DNA of 64,000 nucleotides from Myxococcales bacterium SG8_38 (lineage in GTDB: Bacteria; Myxococcota_A; Polyangia; Polyangiales; Houyiibacteriaceae). Below are positions 43,975-52,728 of the stretch, one piece after another. The DNA is taken from contig LJTN01000010.1 in the NCBI GenBank assembly GCA_001303415.1, positions 2,140-66,139 on the forward strand, given 5' to 3'. Position numbers and translations under genes: made by a program. The notes beneath the pieces are model-generated. The model was not told the origin of the DNA and did no database searches. It saw only the letters and a list, made by a program, of their open reading frames with translations. Position 1 is the stretch's first letter; every line of letters begins with the position of its first letter.

Positions 43975-46900
43975 GCACAATAGGTGCCGGTTCGGATCGC
44001 TCGATCGAGATGCTTTGCGAGCCCGGCGTGGTGACCCTCGATCCGACGGATCGCATCCCGGATGCGGCGCTGCACGTTGACCCTTGCACGCTCCGCGGCC
44101 GAGCCGCTTCGGCGCGGCCGTCCGCCGATGCCGACCGCCTTGGAAAGCTCCTGCTCGATGAGCGCGAGCTCCCGGCGGGAACGCTCCGCCCGCGCCGGAT
44201 CATTCCATTCTTCGGCTTCCGCGAGCTCCGCTTTCAGCTCGAAGACGCGTGCCTTGTACTGACGCCTCGCTTCTTCGTCGAGCAGCTCTCCGGCATCCCC
44301 GCGGTCAACGGGCGCTCCCTGCGCTTTCGGGCCCTCGCTCAAATCGAGCACGTGGAACTCTCGTCCAGGCTCCGCGACGAGCGCTGCCAAGAGCCGTACC
44401 CCTCTTACGTTCTTCAGATGGAATTCTGCGGTTCCGTATCGCACGACCCAGGCGTCGCCGACCTGATGCATGCTGAGATTGTTGGTGTTTGCGGGGGGCG
44501 GATGGTGCTCCTCGACCTGGCCTTGGAGCCTGGTGAGCAGCAGCGTGGCATCGGCCTCGAGGGCGCGCATCCGGAGCTCGCGCGCAGTGGTCTGCGCCTC
44601 TTGCGCGAGCGTCGAAGCGCGCCGACGATCGGCAGGCGCGTCGCTCTCGGCCAGAAGCTCGGCGTAGTCGTGCGAGATCAACGCATGCACGGGTCGGCCG
44701 CCGGTCCGCCGGGTTGTCTCCAAGGCGTGCTCATAGTGGTCGCGGGCTTCGCCTTCGCGACCCAAGAATCGTGCGAGGGAGGCCAGGCCCCAACGCGTGG
44801 GACCCTCCAGCGTCATGTAGAGCATGCCTCCCGTGACCAGGTGGTCTTGGGTCAGGAGCAGGCTGCGGTAGAGATGCTCGGCGAGCTCTCGATCTCGAGC
44901 CGCGATGGCGAGCCTGGCGACGCTCAGCTGGAACGTGTGGTCTCCGAGACGCAGCACCTCGTGCACCGCGTCGCGGTCGAAGCCATGCAACCCGATGGTC
45001 ACGCGGCGGGCGAGCACGTGCTCGGCGCCTATGATGACGCTCGCCGAGGTGCGTCCCAAATCCGTGTCGCCCCAGTGGCCGTCGAGCTTCTTTAGCAGTG
45101 GGAGCTGAGCATCGAAGTCGCCTCGAAGTTGAAGCAAGCGAGCCTTTTGCATCGCATGAACCACGCCGGCATTCGGATCTCGGCCACGCTCACCGAGAAC
45201 CCGGGCCTCCTCGACGAGCTGCTCTGCCGCCTCGAAGTCGCCCTCCCAGATCGCGCGAAGCGCGTGCATGGCGACCGATCGCCACCGGTATGCGGGATGA
45301 TCGAGCTGCTCGGCGATGCGTTCGCAAGCCCGCATGGTACGAAACGCGTCGTCGAGCCTGCCGAGCTCGAGATAGTCCATGGTCGAGCGCAGGTTTCCCC
45401 GGAGCGCTTCGACCCGATTGCCGAGCTCTTCGGCCAAGGTTGCATGCTCCCTGTCGAGGCCGATGCGCTCCTCCAAATCGCCGACGTCGACCATGGCAGA
45501 GCCCCCGTTGCGCAGCGTGTCGAGGAGCGTTTCGCGTTCGCCGAGGCGGCGAGCCATCGCGATCGCTTCACGGGCCAGCTGCATCGGTCCTGCGGGATCG
45601 ACAGCGGGCTGCTGGGCAGCCGCGAGGCGAGCCATGACGCGAGCCCGTAGCACGCTGTCGTGCGGGTCGAGCGCATCGAGCGCTTCTTGGAGCAGGGCAA
45701 CGAGCTCCGGATCGACCTTGGCATAGATGAGGGCGGCACCGTGCTCCAACGCCGCCCGCGCCAACAGCTCGGGGTTCGTCAGATTGCGCGCCACCTCGGC
45801 AGCGGCGAGGCTGGTTTGCTTTCCTAGTATGACCTCGCCCGCCCGAGTCTGCGCATGCGCCAGCTCGAGCAGAAGCTCCGCGTGTATTTCGGGATCGAGG
45901 CTACCTGCGGTTTCCGACGCCCGAAGCGCTTCGCGATGCGCTTGCACCGCCTCTTCGAAGGCCAACTGCTGCAAGGCTTGGGCGCCAGCATTCCGATAGG
46001 CATCCGCGGCTTCGCGACAACGGCCTGCAGCAGCGAGGTGGTGCGCGACTTCGGACCAACGGAGCTCGCCGTCGCGTGTCCTGTCTTCGAGTATTCGTGC
46101 CAACCGTGCGTGCGCGTCCGCGCGCCGGGGTTCCTCGATGCCTTCGTAGACCAGCTCGCGGATCAGAAAATGCACGAAGCGGTATCGTTGAGGTGCCGTT
46201 TCCACGAGGATGGCGGCGTCGGTCGCTTCCTGGCACGCGGCTACGTACTTGGCTTCTTCGTCTTGGAAGCAAGCCTGAAGAAGGCCCACGTCGAATTCGC
46301 GTCCGACGATCGCTCCGCATTGCAGGGTCTGAACACACTCCGGCGAAACCCGCGTCAAGCGCTCCCGAATGGCGGTACGGACCGAACGCGGAACGGACAC
46401 ACGGTCGACCGAGCCGCTCGATCCCCGTGTGCGCCACAGTCTCGCGAGCTCCACGAGGAAGAGCGGGTGGCCATCTGTCGTCCGGTGGAGCGCGGCGACG
46501 AACGAGGAATCCGCCGTCTCGTCTGTGGCTTTCACGAACGCAGCAACATCCTCTTTGCTCAATCGGTCGAGCGCGAGCCGGTTACCCTCTTGCGCTGCGC
46601 GAATGAGCTGCGGGCCTGCTGGCGCGGTTGCAAGCTCCGCCTCGCGAAACGTGCCCAGTATGAGAAGAGGCTGGTGCCGGACCGTGGCCGCGAGAAACTC
46701 CAACAGCAGAACCGTCGATACGTCCGCCGCGTGCAGGTCCTCGAGCACGAGCACCAGAGGCAGGCGCTGGGCGGCGTCCGCGATGACCCCGCTGATCGCG
46801 TCCATGAGCTGGAAACGCGCCTGGTCCGGCCCGAGGTCGGAAGGGAGGGGAGTCGGTCCGGTCTGGCCCAGCTCCGGGAGGATCTGCGCGAGCGGCTCGG

Positions 46901-47186
46901 AGTGCGCGTCCACTCGACCCGGGTCGGCGGTGCGCAGCACGGCTCGCAGAATCTGGACCCAGGGCCAATACGCGGGGGCGCCTCCGGCTTCCCAGCACCG
47001 TCCCCAAAAAGCGCGCATGCCGCGGGCTCGGGCGAGATGGCCCAATTCCTCGGCCAGTCGGCTCTTGCCGATTCCGGGCTCACCGGTCACGTACCAGATC
47101 GAGCCTCGGCCTTCGGCAACCTGATCGAGCGCGTCGGCGAGCCGACTGATTTCGCGATCGCGTCCGACGATGATTGACTCTGCCAA
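43962..47186 (-). CDS. STAND/AAA ATPase with TPR-like helical repeats and a conserved C-terminal module (regulator-like)
   Basis: IVGRDREISRL, Walker A GEPGIGKSRL, Walker B LVLVLEDLHAAD, long TPR-like region. The C-terminus has FHLKNVRGVRLLAALVAEPGREFHVLDL. TTG start with GAGGGAG SD. Confidence 0.8.
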   Translation of the reverse strand: MAESIIVGRDREISRLADALDQVAEGRGSIWYVTGEPGIGKSRLAEELGHLARARGMRAFWGRCWEAGGAPAYWPWVQILRAVLRTADPGRVDAHSEPLAQILPELGQTGPTPLPSDLGPDQARFQLMDAISGVIADAAQRLPLVLVLEDLHAADVSTVLLLEFLAATVRHQPLLILGTFREAELATAPAGPQLIRAAQEGNRLALDRLSKEDVAAFVKATDETADSSFVAALHRTTDGHPLFLVELARLWRTRGSSGSVDRVSVPRSVRTAIRERLTRVSPECVQTLQCGAIVGREFDVGLLQACFQDEEAKYVAACQEATDAAILVETAPQRYRFVHFLIRELVYEGIEEPRRADAHARLARILEDRTRDGELRWSEVAHHLAAAGRCREAADAYRNAGAQALQQLAFEEAVQAHREALRASETAGSLDPEIHAELLLELAHAQTRAGEVILGKQTSLAAAEVARNLTNPELLARAALEHGAALIYAKVDPELVALLQEALDALDPHDSVLRARVMARLAAAQQPAVDPAGPMQLAREAIAMARRLGERETLLDTLRNGGSAMVDVGDLEERIGLDREHATLAEELGNRVEALRGNLRSTMDYLELGRLDDAFRTMRACERIAEQLDHPAYRWRSVAMHALRAIWEGDFEAAEQLVEEARVLGERGRDPNAGVVHAMQKARLLQLRGDFDAQLPLLKKLDGHWGDTDLGRTSASVIIGAEHVLARRVTIGLHGFDRDAVHEVLRLGDHTFQLSVARLAIAARDRELAEHLYRSLLLTQDHLVTGGMLYMTLEGPTRWGLASLARFLGREGEARDHYEHALETTRRTGGRPVHALISHDYAELLAESDAPADRRRASTLAQEAQTTARELRMRALEADATLLLTRLQGQVEEHHPPPANTNNLSMHQVGDAWVVRYGTAEFHLKNVRGVRLLAALVAEPGREFHVLDLSEGPKAQGAPVDRGDAGELLDEEARRQYKARVFELKAELAEAEEWNDPARAERSRRELALIEQELSKAVGIGGRPRRSGSAAERARVNVQRRIRDAIRRIEGHHAGLAKHLDRAIRTGTYCAYEP

Positions 47187-47998
47187 CGGGCTCCCTCGGG
47201 AGCAAAGTTATCACGCACACAAAGCTCGTCGAAACCGGCGCGCAGCATGTTGCGATAGGAGGACCCGGGCTGGCCTTCGATGGGCATACCGGTCTCGGTG
47301 AACGCGTGCGAGCAGCCAAGGGCCTGCGCTCGCTTCAAGCGCGCGGCCATCAGGGCGCGCTGGCTTCCTTTGCGCCGCGCCGCCGGCGCCGTTGCTGCAA
47401 ATGCGAGGGATGCGTCCACTCCTCGCACATAAAGAGCCCCTACGGCGACCACGTCCTGGCGCTGCTCGGCCACGAAATAGTGCCATCCTTCGCGCCCGAT
47501 CCCGGCGGCAAACAGCGGGCCCGCTTCCTCCGGCAGATCGAAGGCCCGGGCGACGATGTGACCCACCCGTCGGGCGTCCTCCGGTCTCGCCAGTCTGACC
47601 GCTAGCTCGCAGGCCGCCTCGCTCACAGGCGCGCTCGGCCGGACGAGCTTCATCCAGCTGCGGTGGTAACGGATGACCCCATGCTTGGTCAGCAGGCGCA
47701 AGAGCTCCGAATCGCGTAGATGGCTTCCCGCGTGGATCCAGAAGCGGTGGATGGAGCGCTCTACGAAGTGCTCGACCACCGCGTCGACGGTCTCTGGCGT
47801 GGGGACGGCCCAGGTCCCGAGCCCGATGGCCCGGTTCAGCAGGAAGTGGTCGACGTTCGATGCGCGCAACAGCGTGACGCCGCGTCGCTCCACGGCCGAC
47901 AGTCCGAGCCGCTCCAGGAGTGGCGCCGGCGCATGCTGGTAGAGGTCCAGCCATGCGTCTCGTTCGATGGCTTCGCTTCGTCGAATCAGCTCCTGCAT
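47087..47998 (-). CDS. GNAT family N-acetyltransferase (tandem GNAT-like halves)
   Basis: C-terminal acetyl-CoA motif ARRKGSQRALMAARL and SYRNMLRAGF. The 3' end overlaps the STAND gene start by 100 nt. Confidence 0.75.
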   Translation of the reverse strand: MQELIRRSEAIERDAWLDLYQHAPAPLLERLGLSAVERRGVTLLRASNVDHFLLNRAIGLGTWAVPTPETVDAVVEHFVERSIHRFWIHAGSHLRDSELLRLLTKHGVIRYHRSWMKLVRPSAPVSEAACELAVRLARPEDARRVGHIVARAFDLPEEAGPLFAAGIGREGWHYFVAEQRQDVVAVGALYVRGVDASLAFAATAPAARRKGSQRALMAARLKRAQALGCSHAFTETGMPIEGQPGSSYRNMLRAGFDELCVRDNFAPEGARWQSQSSSDAIAKSVGSPTRSIRLPKAEARSGT

Positions 47999-48111
47999 CG
48001 ATCTCCTCCTCGATCCAGGTGCCGTGACTTTCGGTGGAACGATGTTCCCTCGGAAATCACGCCTGTCGATCGTAGGGCGCGAGGCCGACCCATCGTGCCC
48101 AGGAGGTAGAC

Positions 48112-48867
48112 ATGGTTTCTATTTTGATCGCCATCATCCTGTTTTTTCTGACTTTTACGGCCTACGACACCTTGCGTCCCGCCCGGCGCTACCCGAAGGT
48201 CCGTGGCTGGCTCACCAGGGGAGTCCTCTCGTTTGTGGTTTACATGGGCGTCTCCACGGCGATGCCGTTCCTCTGGGACGCCTGGCTTGGCGCGCATCGC
48301 CTGGTCGACGCGACGCGGCTCGGCACCTGGGGTGGGGCCGCAGTCGGGTTCCTCACCGTGCAGGTCTTCATGTATGGCTGGCACCGCTTGCTCCACGAAA
48401 ACGGCTTCCTTTGGCGCTGGCTTCACCAGATGCACCACAGCGCCGAGCGAATCGACGTCGCGGGCGCGTTCTACTTCTCGCCCCTGGACATGGTCGGCTG
48501 GACGTTCTTGGGGAGCCTGGCCCTCGTTTGGGCGGTCGGCGTGACGCCCGAGGCTGCCGTGCTGGTGAGCATCGCGCTCACCTTCATGGGCGTGTTCTCC
48601 CATGCGAACATCCGTACGCCTCGATGGCTCGGCTACCTGATCGCACGGCCGGAGATGCACGCCGTGCACCACGAACGCGGATCGCACTCGGGCAACTACT
48701 GCGACTTGCCAGTGATCGACATGCTCTTTGGCACCTATCGGAACCCAGAGACGTTCGAGGGCGTGGGCGGCTTCTACGATGGCGCCTCATCGCGCGTCGG
48801 CGACATGCTGATGGGACGCGACGTGTCGACGCCGGAACCCGTCGAGGCGCACGCGATCGCGGCCTAG
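48112..48867 (+). CDS. Fatty acid hydroxylase/sterol desaturase family membrane protein
   Basis: His boxes HRLLH, HQMHH, HAVHH. AGGAGG SD 5 nt upstream of the ATG. Confidence 0.85.
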   Translation: MVSILIAIILFFLTFTAYDTLRPARRYPKVRGWLTRGVLSFVVYMGVSTAMPFLWDAWLGAHRLVDATRLGTWGGAAVGFLTVQVFMYGWHRLLHENGFLWRWLHQMHHSAERIDVAGAFYFSPLDMVGWTFLGSLALVWAVGVTPEAAVLVSIALTFMGVFSHANIRTPRWLGYLIARPEMHAVHHERGSHSGNYCDLPVIDMLFGTYRNPETFEGVGGFYDGASSRVGDMLMGRDVSTPEPVEAHAIAA

Positions 48868-48874
48868 CGATGGC

Positions 48875-49291
48875 TCATGCGAAGGGTCGGAAGATGGCCA
48901 GGGTCACGATGAGGATCGCGATAATCGCCACGGCCCAACCGAGGCGGCTGAATGTTCTCGTGTCCACGTCTTGGCCCTGCGCCCATCGCCGCAACTTGCC
49001 GGTCAGCACGCCCGTCACACCGGCCAGCACGAGCAGGAGCGTCAGCTTTGCATGTATCCAGCCTTGTTTGGCGTAAACCTCCGCGAAGCTCGGAACGAGC
49101 ATTCCAAAGCCGCCCGCGAATGCGAGCAACATGGCTGGCGTCGTCACACGCAGCGTGACGCTCCGAAGCGCCCGGGCGACACCGCTTTCGGGTGGGGTCG
49201 GTGCGGATGCCGCCATGGCCACGGCCACCGCGGTCCCAACCCAAAATACGATACCCAGGAAATGAAGGTATCGAAACACGATCATGCTCAT
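48875..49291 (-). CDS. Small 4-TM membrane protein, HemJ/CopD-like
   Basis: 138 aa. FRYLHFLGIVFWVG and GWIHAKLTLLLVLAGVTG...IFRPF resemble the HemJ/UPF0093 pattern. Weak, pattern-only assignment. Confidence 0.45.
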   Translation of the reverse strand: MSMIVFRYLHFLGIVFWVGTAVAVAMAASAPTPPESGVARALRSVTLRVTTPAMLLAFAGGFGMLVPSFAEVYAKQGWIHAKLTLLLVLAGVTGVLTGKLRRWAQGQDVDTRTFSRLGWAVAIIAILIVTLAIFRPFA

Positions 49292-49315
49292 GCCTGTTCC
49301 TCCGCGCGCGGCAGT

Positions 49316-49945
49316 CTAGCTTCCATGGACCAGCGGCACAAAAACGCACCGACAAAGCTCCTCTGCTTCGAGCTTGCCTTTGACTTTGCGCGAGGCCTGC
49401 AAGGATTGGCCCCACCTTCCGCCAACGGGGATGACGAGCCGGCCTCCCTCCTTGAGCTGCTCGACCAGGGCCTCGGGAACGTCCTCCGCGGCAGCCGCCA
49501 CCACGATTCCGTCGTAAGGCGCTCCCGCCGGCCATCCCTTGCGGCCGTCGGCGCAGATGACTTCGACGTTGTCGATCCCGATGGAGTCGAGCGCGCGGCG
49601 TGCATTGGTCACGAGATCGGGAATGATCTCTACCGCGTAAACCTTCTTTGCCAGCTTGGAAAGAACGGCGGCCTGATAACCCGAACCCGCGCCGACCTCC
49701 AAAACGGTTTCGTCGCCTTCGAGCTGTAGCGCCTCGACCGACATCGCGACCATGAGTGGCTGTGAGATCGTCTGGCCGTGAGAGAGCGGAAGCGCGCCGT
49801 CCGCATACGCCTCGCGTCGGAGCGACTCGGGCACGAACACTTCGCGCGGCACCTCGCCCATCGCGGCCAGCACTCGCGCATCGCGGATGCCGCGGCGCCG
49901 GAGCTGGTACTCCACCATGTTCGCCCGCTCTTTCTCCAGTTGCAT
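49316..49945 (-). CDS. pcm: Protein-L-isoaspartate O-methyltransferase
   Basis: GQTISQPLMVA, VLEVGAGSGYQAAVL, YDGIVVAAAA, GGRLVIPVG. Confidence 0.92.
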   Translation of the reverse strand: MQLEKERANMVEYQLRRRGIRDARVLAAMGEVPREVFVPESLRREAYADGALPLSHGQTISQPLMVAMSVEALQLEGDETVLEVGAGSGYQAAVLSKLAKKVYAVEIIPDLVTNARRALDSIGIDNVEVICADGRKGWPAGAPYDGIVVAAAAEDVPEALVEQLKEGGRLVIPVGGRWGQSLQASRKVKGKLEAEELCRCVFVPLVHGS

Positions 49946-50040
49946 GCCACCCCCTCATAGCACCGAACCGCTTCGGGCCACCAGGCCTTGCGTTCGAGTC
50001 CGGCCCGCGTACAGTCGGTCCTTCGCGATCGAGGAATCAC

Positions 50041-51114
50041 ATGGCCAAGACGAACCCAGGGAATTTTTTCGAGGATTTCGAAGCGGGCGCAGAGCTCGTG
50101 CACGCGGTGCCCCGCACCATCACCGAAGGAGAGGCAGCGATGTACATCGGCCTCACCGGCTCCCGGTATCCGCTGCATTGTTCGGCGGAGTTCGCCCGCT
50201 CACTCGGTTTCTCGAGGGAGACGATCAACGACCTACTGGTGTTTCACATCGTCTTCGGCAAGACCGTGAACGACGTGTCGCTCAACGCTGTAGCCAACCT
50301 CGGTTACGCAGGTCTGCGTTTTCTATTGCCGGTATATCCGGGTGACACGCTGCGATCCGTTTCGAAGGTCGTGGGTAAGCGCGAGAACAGCAATGGTAAG
50401 ACCGGCGTGGTCTGGGTGAAGACGGTGGGGACCAACCAACGTGGCGAGGCGGTGCTGGAGTACTACCGGTGGGTGATGGTGCACAAACGCGATCCGTCGA
50501 CGCCGACCGGTGCGGCTGACCGACCGGCCATGCCAAAAGAGGTCGCACCCTCCGAGCTCGTCGTTCCGTCCAATCTCGATCTGAGCCGATACGAGGAATG
50601 GCCTTCCGGGGGAGCCGCATATTTCGAGGACTACGAAATTGGAGAGAAGATCGATCACGTCGATGGAATGACCATCGAGGAATCCGAGCATGCGACGGCG
50701 ACACGCCTCTATCAGAACACCGCCAAGGTGCATTTCGATGCAGTGCAGACCAAACAGACCCGCTTCGGGCGCCGTTTGATGTACGGCGGGCACGTGATCA
50801 GCGTAGCGCGCTCCCTCTCGTTCAACGGCATGGAACGGGTTCTCGGGATCCTGGCCTGGAACGGCGGCGCGCATGCCAACCCGACCTTCGCAGGCGATAC
50901 GATCTACGCGTACAGCGAGATTCTGGACAAGGCCGACATCCCCGGCCGCGCCGACGTCGGGGCGCTGCGGGTGCGGCTGGTGGGCCTGAAGGACGTCGGC
51001 CCGACGGAAGCAGGTTTCCCGCTAAAAGTCTCCAAAGACGATGGAGAAGCGTACCATGGCAGCGTGGTACTAGACTTGGACTACTGGCTGCTCGTACCCA
51101 GGCGAGTACGCTAA
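50041..51114 (+). CDS. MaoC-family double hot-dog (R)-hydratase (mesaconyl-CoA hydratase-like)
   Basis: 357 aa with two hot-dog halves. GAGGAA SD. Trimmed from ORF 49756-51114. Confidence 0.78.
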   Translation: MAKTNPGNFFEDFEAGAELVHAVPRTITEGEAAMYIGLTGSRYPLHCSAEFARSLGFSRETINDLLVFHIVFGKTVNDVSLNAVANLGYAGLRFLLPVYPGDTLRSVSKVVGKRENSNGKTGVVWVKTVGTNQRGEAVLEYYRWVMVHKRDPSTPTGAADRPAMPKEVAPSELVVPSNLDLSRYEEWPSGGAAYFEDYEIGEKIDHVDGMTIEESEHATATRLYQNTAKVHFDAVQTKQTRFGRRLMYGGHVISVARSLSFNGMERVLGILAWNGGAHANPTFAGDTIYAYSEILDKADIPGRADVGALRVRLVGLKDVGPTEAGFPLKVSKDDGEAYHGSVVLDLDYWLLVPRRVR

Positions 51115-51133
51115 ATTTTGAAGGAGCCCATTC

Positions 51134-51268
51134 ATGTACTTGAACATCATTCACAGCGAGCGTTCCAGTAAGCGCAACAAGAGCGCCCGTCGCCATGCGA
51201 AGCGTAAGGCGAAGAACCGTCGCCGTATCAATCGCATGCACGGACGCAAATTGGGTCGCCGCCTCTGA
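51134..51268 (+). CDS. 44-aa highly basic small protein (not in the ORF track)
   Basis: ATG 51134 with AAGGAG 8 nt upstream. Translates to MYLNIIHSERSSKRNKSARRHAKRKAKNRRRINRMHGRKLGRRL. Fills the gap between the MaoC gene and ppsR (19 nt and 11 nt spacers). Confidence 0.45.
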   Translation: MYLNIIHSERSSKRNKSARRHAKRKAKNRRRINRMHGRKLGRRL

Positions 51269-51279
51269 GCGTTCTGACG

Positions 51280-52128
51280 ATGGAGGCCAAGGTCATTTAC
51301 GTCGTCAGCGACTCGACCGGCGAGACTGCCGAGCGAGTGACCCGGGCCACCTTGCTTCAGTTTCCCGATCACCCGGTCCGTCTCAAGGTCGAGCGGCGCG
51401 TGCGAGACCGACGTGGCCTGACCACCATCCTGGAAAGCGCCGCGGCGCAGAACGCGATGATCGTTTTCACGCTCGTGCGTCCGGAGCTTCGCGATCACTT
51501 CAATCAACAGGCGGCGCTGCTCAAGGTTCGACACGTAGACTTGATCGGCTCCTTGATCAGCCAGATCGGCCATTATCTCCAAGCCGATCCCGTAAACATC
51601 CCGTCGGCCGAAATGCCGCTCTCGGAGGAGTATTTCCGCCGCGTGGAGGCCATCGAGTTCGCGGTCAAGAGCGATGACGGCAAGGAGCCGCGCAACCTCC
51701 ACAAGGCCGACCTGGTCGTGGTCGGTGTGAGCCGAACCAGCAAGACTCCGCTCTCCACGTATTTGGCGGGACGAGGCCTCAAAGTCGCAAACGTTCCATT
51801 GGTGCTCGACGTGGAGCCGCCCAGCGAGCTCTACGAGCTACCTGGCTACCGAGTCGTGGGGCTCACCATCGACGTCGACCAACTCATGGACATCCGAAAG
51901 CAGCGCCTCCAGCAGTTGGGCATGCCTCCAGACGCCAACTACGGTCTTCGCGATCACGTCAAGGCAGAGCTGGAATACGCCCATGCCATCTTCCGCGCCC
52001 ATCCGGAGTGGATGGTGGTCGACGTCACCAACTGCGCCATCGAAGAAACGGCGACGATCATCCTGGATGCCGTGAAGGAGCGCGAAGAGCTCCGCGGCTT
52101 GACGATGCCGCCCCCTCGCGTGCTCTAG
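51280..52128 (+). CDS. ppsR: Pyruvate,phosphate dikinase / PEP synthase regulatory protein (kinase/pyrophosphorylase)
   Basis: VSDSTGETAE N-terminus and P-loop VGVSRTSKTPLS, typical of the DUF299/PpsR family. Confidence 0.9.
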   Translation: MEAKVIYVVSDSTGETAERVTRATLLQFPDHPVRLKVERRVRDRRGLTTILESAAAQNAMIVFTLVRPELRDHFNQQAALLKVRHVDLIGSLISQIGHYLQADPVNIPSAEMPLSEEYFRRVEAIEFAVKSDDGKEPRNLHKADLVVVGVSRTSKTPLSTYLAGRGLKVANVPLVLDVEPPSELYELPGYRVVGLTIDVDQLMDIRKQRLQQLGMPPDANYGLRDHVKAELEYAHAIFRAHPEWMVVDVTNCAIEETATIILDAVKEREELRGLTMPPPRVL

Positions 52129-52144
52129 CGCGGTATCTGCCGGA

Positions 52145-52657
52145 TCATCGCTGCCTCGGTCCCGAGCCGTATCGGGTCGAGAGCGCGGCGTAGAACTGCG
52201 CGAGGATTCCATCGGCGACGCGGAGCCGCCGGCTCAGCTCGCGAGCGATGTTCATCACGAACAAGGCGTAATCTTTCATGTCGCGGCGGTACAGCAAGCT
52301 CTCGACGTGCTCGGCTGTCACCGAAAGGACCAAGGTCGGGGCGACTGCCCGGACGCTCGCCGAGCGCGGCTGAACGTCGATGATCGACATTTCGCCGAAC
52401 CAGTCTCCAGGGCCGAGCACCGCAACGCGAACGTCGCCCCCCGACTCGCCTTTCTTGATCACCTCGAGCTCTCCTGCGACGACGACGAACATCTGCGTGG
52501 AAAGATCGCCTTCCTCCACCACCATCTCGCCCGCCTCGATCCGGGTCGTCGGCAGCGACGCGGCCAACGTTTCCAGCGTGGCCCTACTCAAACCGCCGAA
52601 CAGACCGATGTCGGCGAGGTGTTCCGGAGTGAGCTTGGGCGTGGGAGGTCGAGCCAT
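52145..52657 (-). CDS. Cyclic nucleotide-binding domain protein
   Basis: FGEMSIIDVQPRSASVRA phosphate-binding cassette. ATG 52657. No DNA-binding domain. Confidence 0.8.
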   Translation of the reverse strand: MARPPTPKLTPEHLADIGLFGGLSRATLETLAASLPTTRIEAGEMVVEEGDLSTQMFVVVAGELEVIKKGESGGDVRVAVLGPGDWFGEMSIIDVQPRSASVRAVAPTLVLSVTAEHVESLLYRRDMKDYALFVMNIARELSRRLRVADGILAQFYAALSTRYGSGPRQR

Positions 52658-52728
52658 GCTTCCAGCATACGCGAACGATTCGTTTACGTCATGGAATCGA
52701 ATTGGATAGATTGACCTCGGGCGCCCCG

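Noticed and set aside
43962-47186. The STAND ATPase as an Avs-like antiphage sensor or defence island.
   Set aside because: There is no N-terminal effector domain (nuclease, protease, TIR, etc.), since the ATPase starts at residue 1. No neighbouring defence, mobile or integrase genes are present. The architecture fits the large regulator-type STAND/TPR proteins common in high-GC genomes.
52674-52684. Palindrome AACGA-T-TCGTT in the relatively AT-rich divergent region between the cNMP-binding protein and the Ser/Thr kinase, considered as a CRP/FNR-type site.
   Set aside because: It is too short (5-1-5) and does not match TGTGA-N6-TCACA. The adjacent cNMP-binding protein has no DNA-binding domain.
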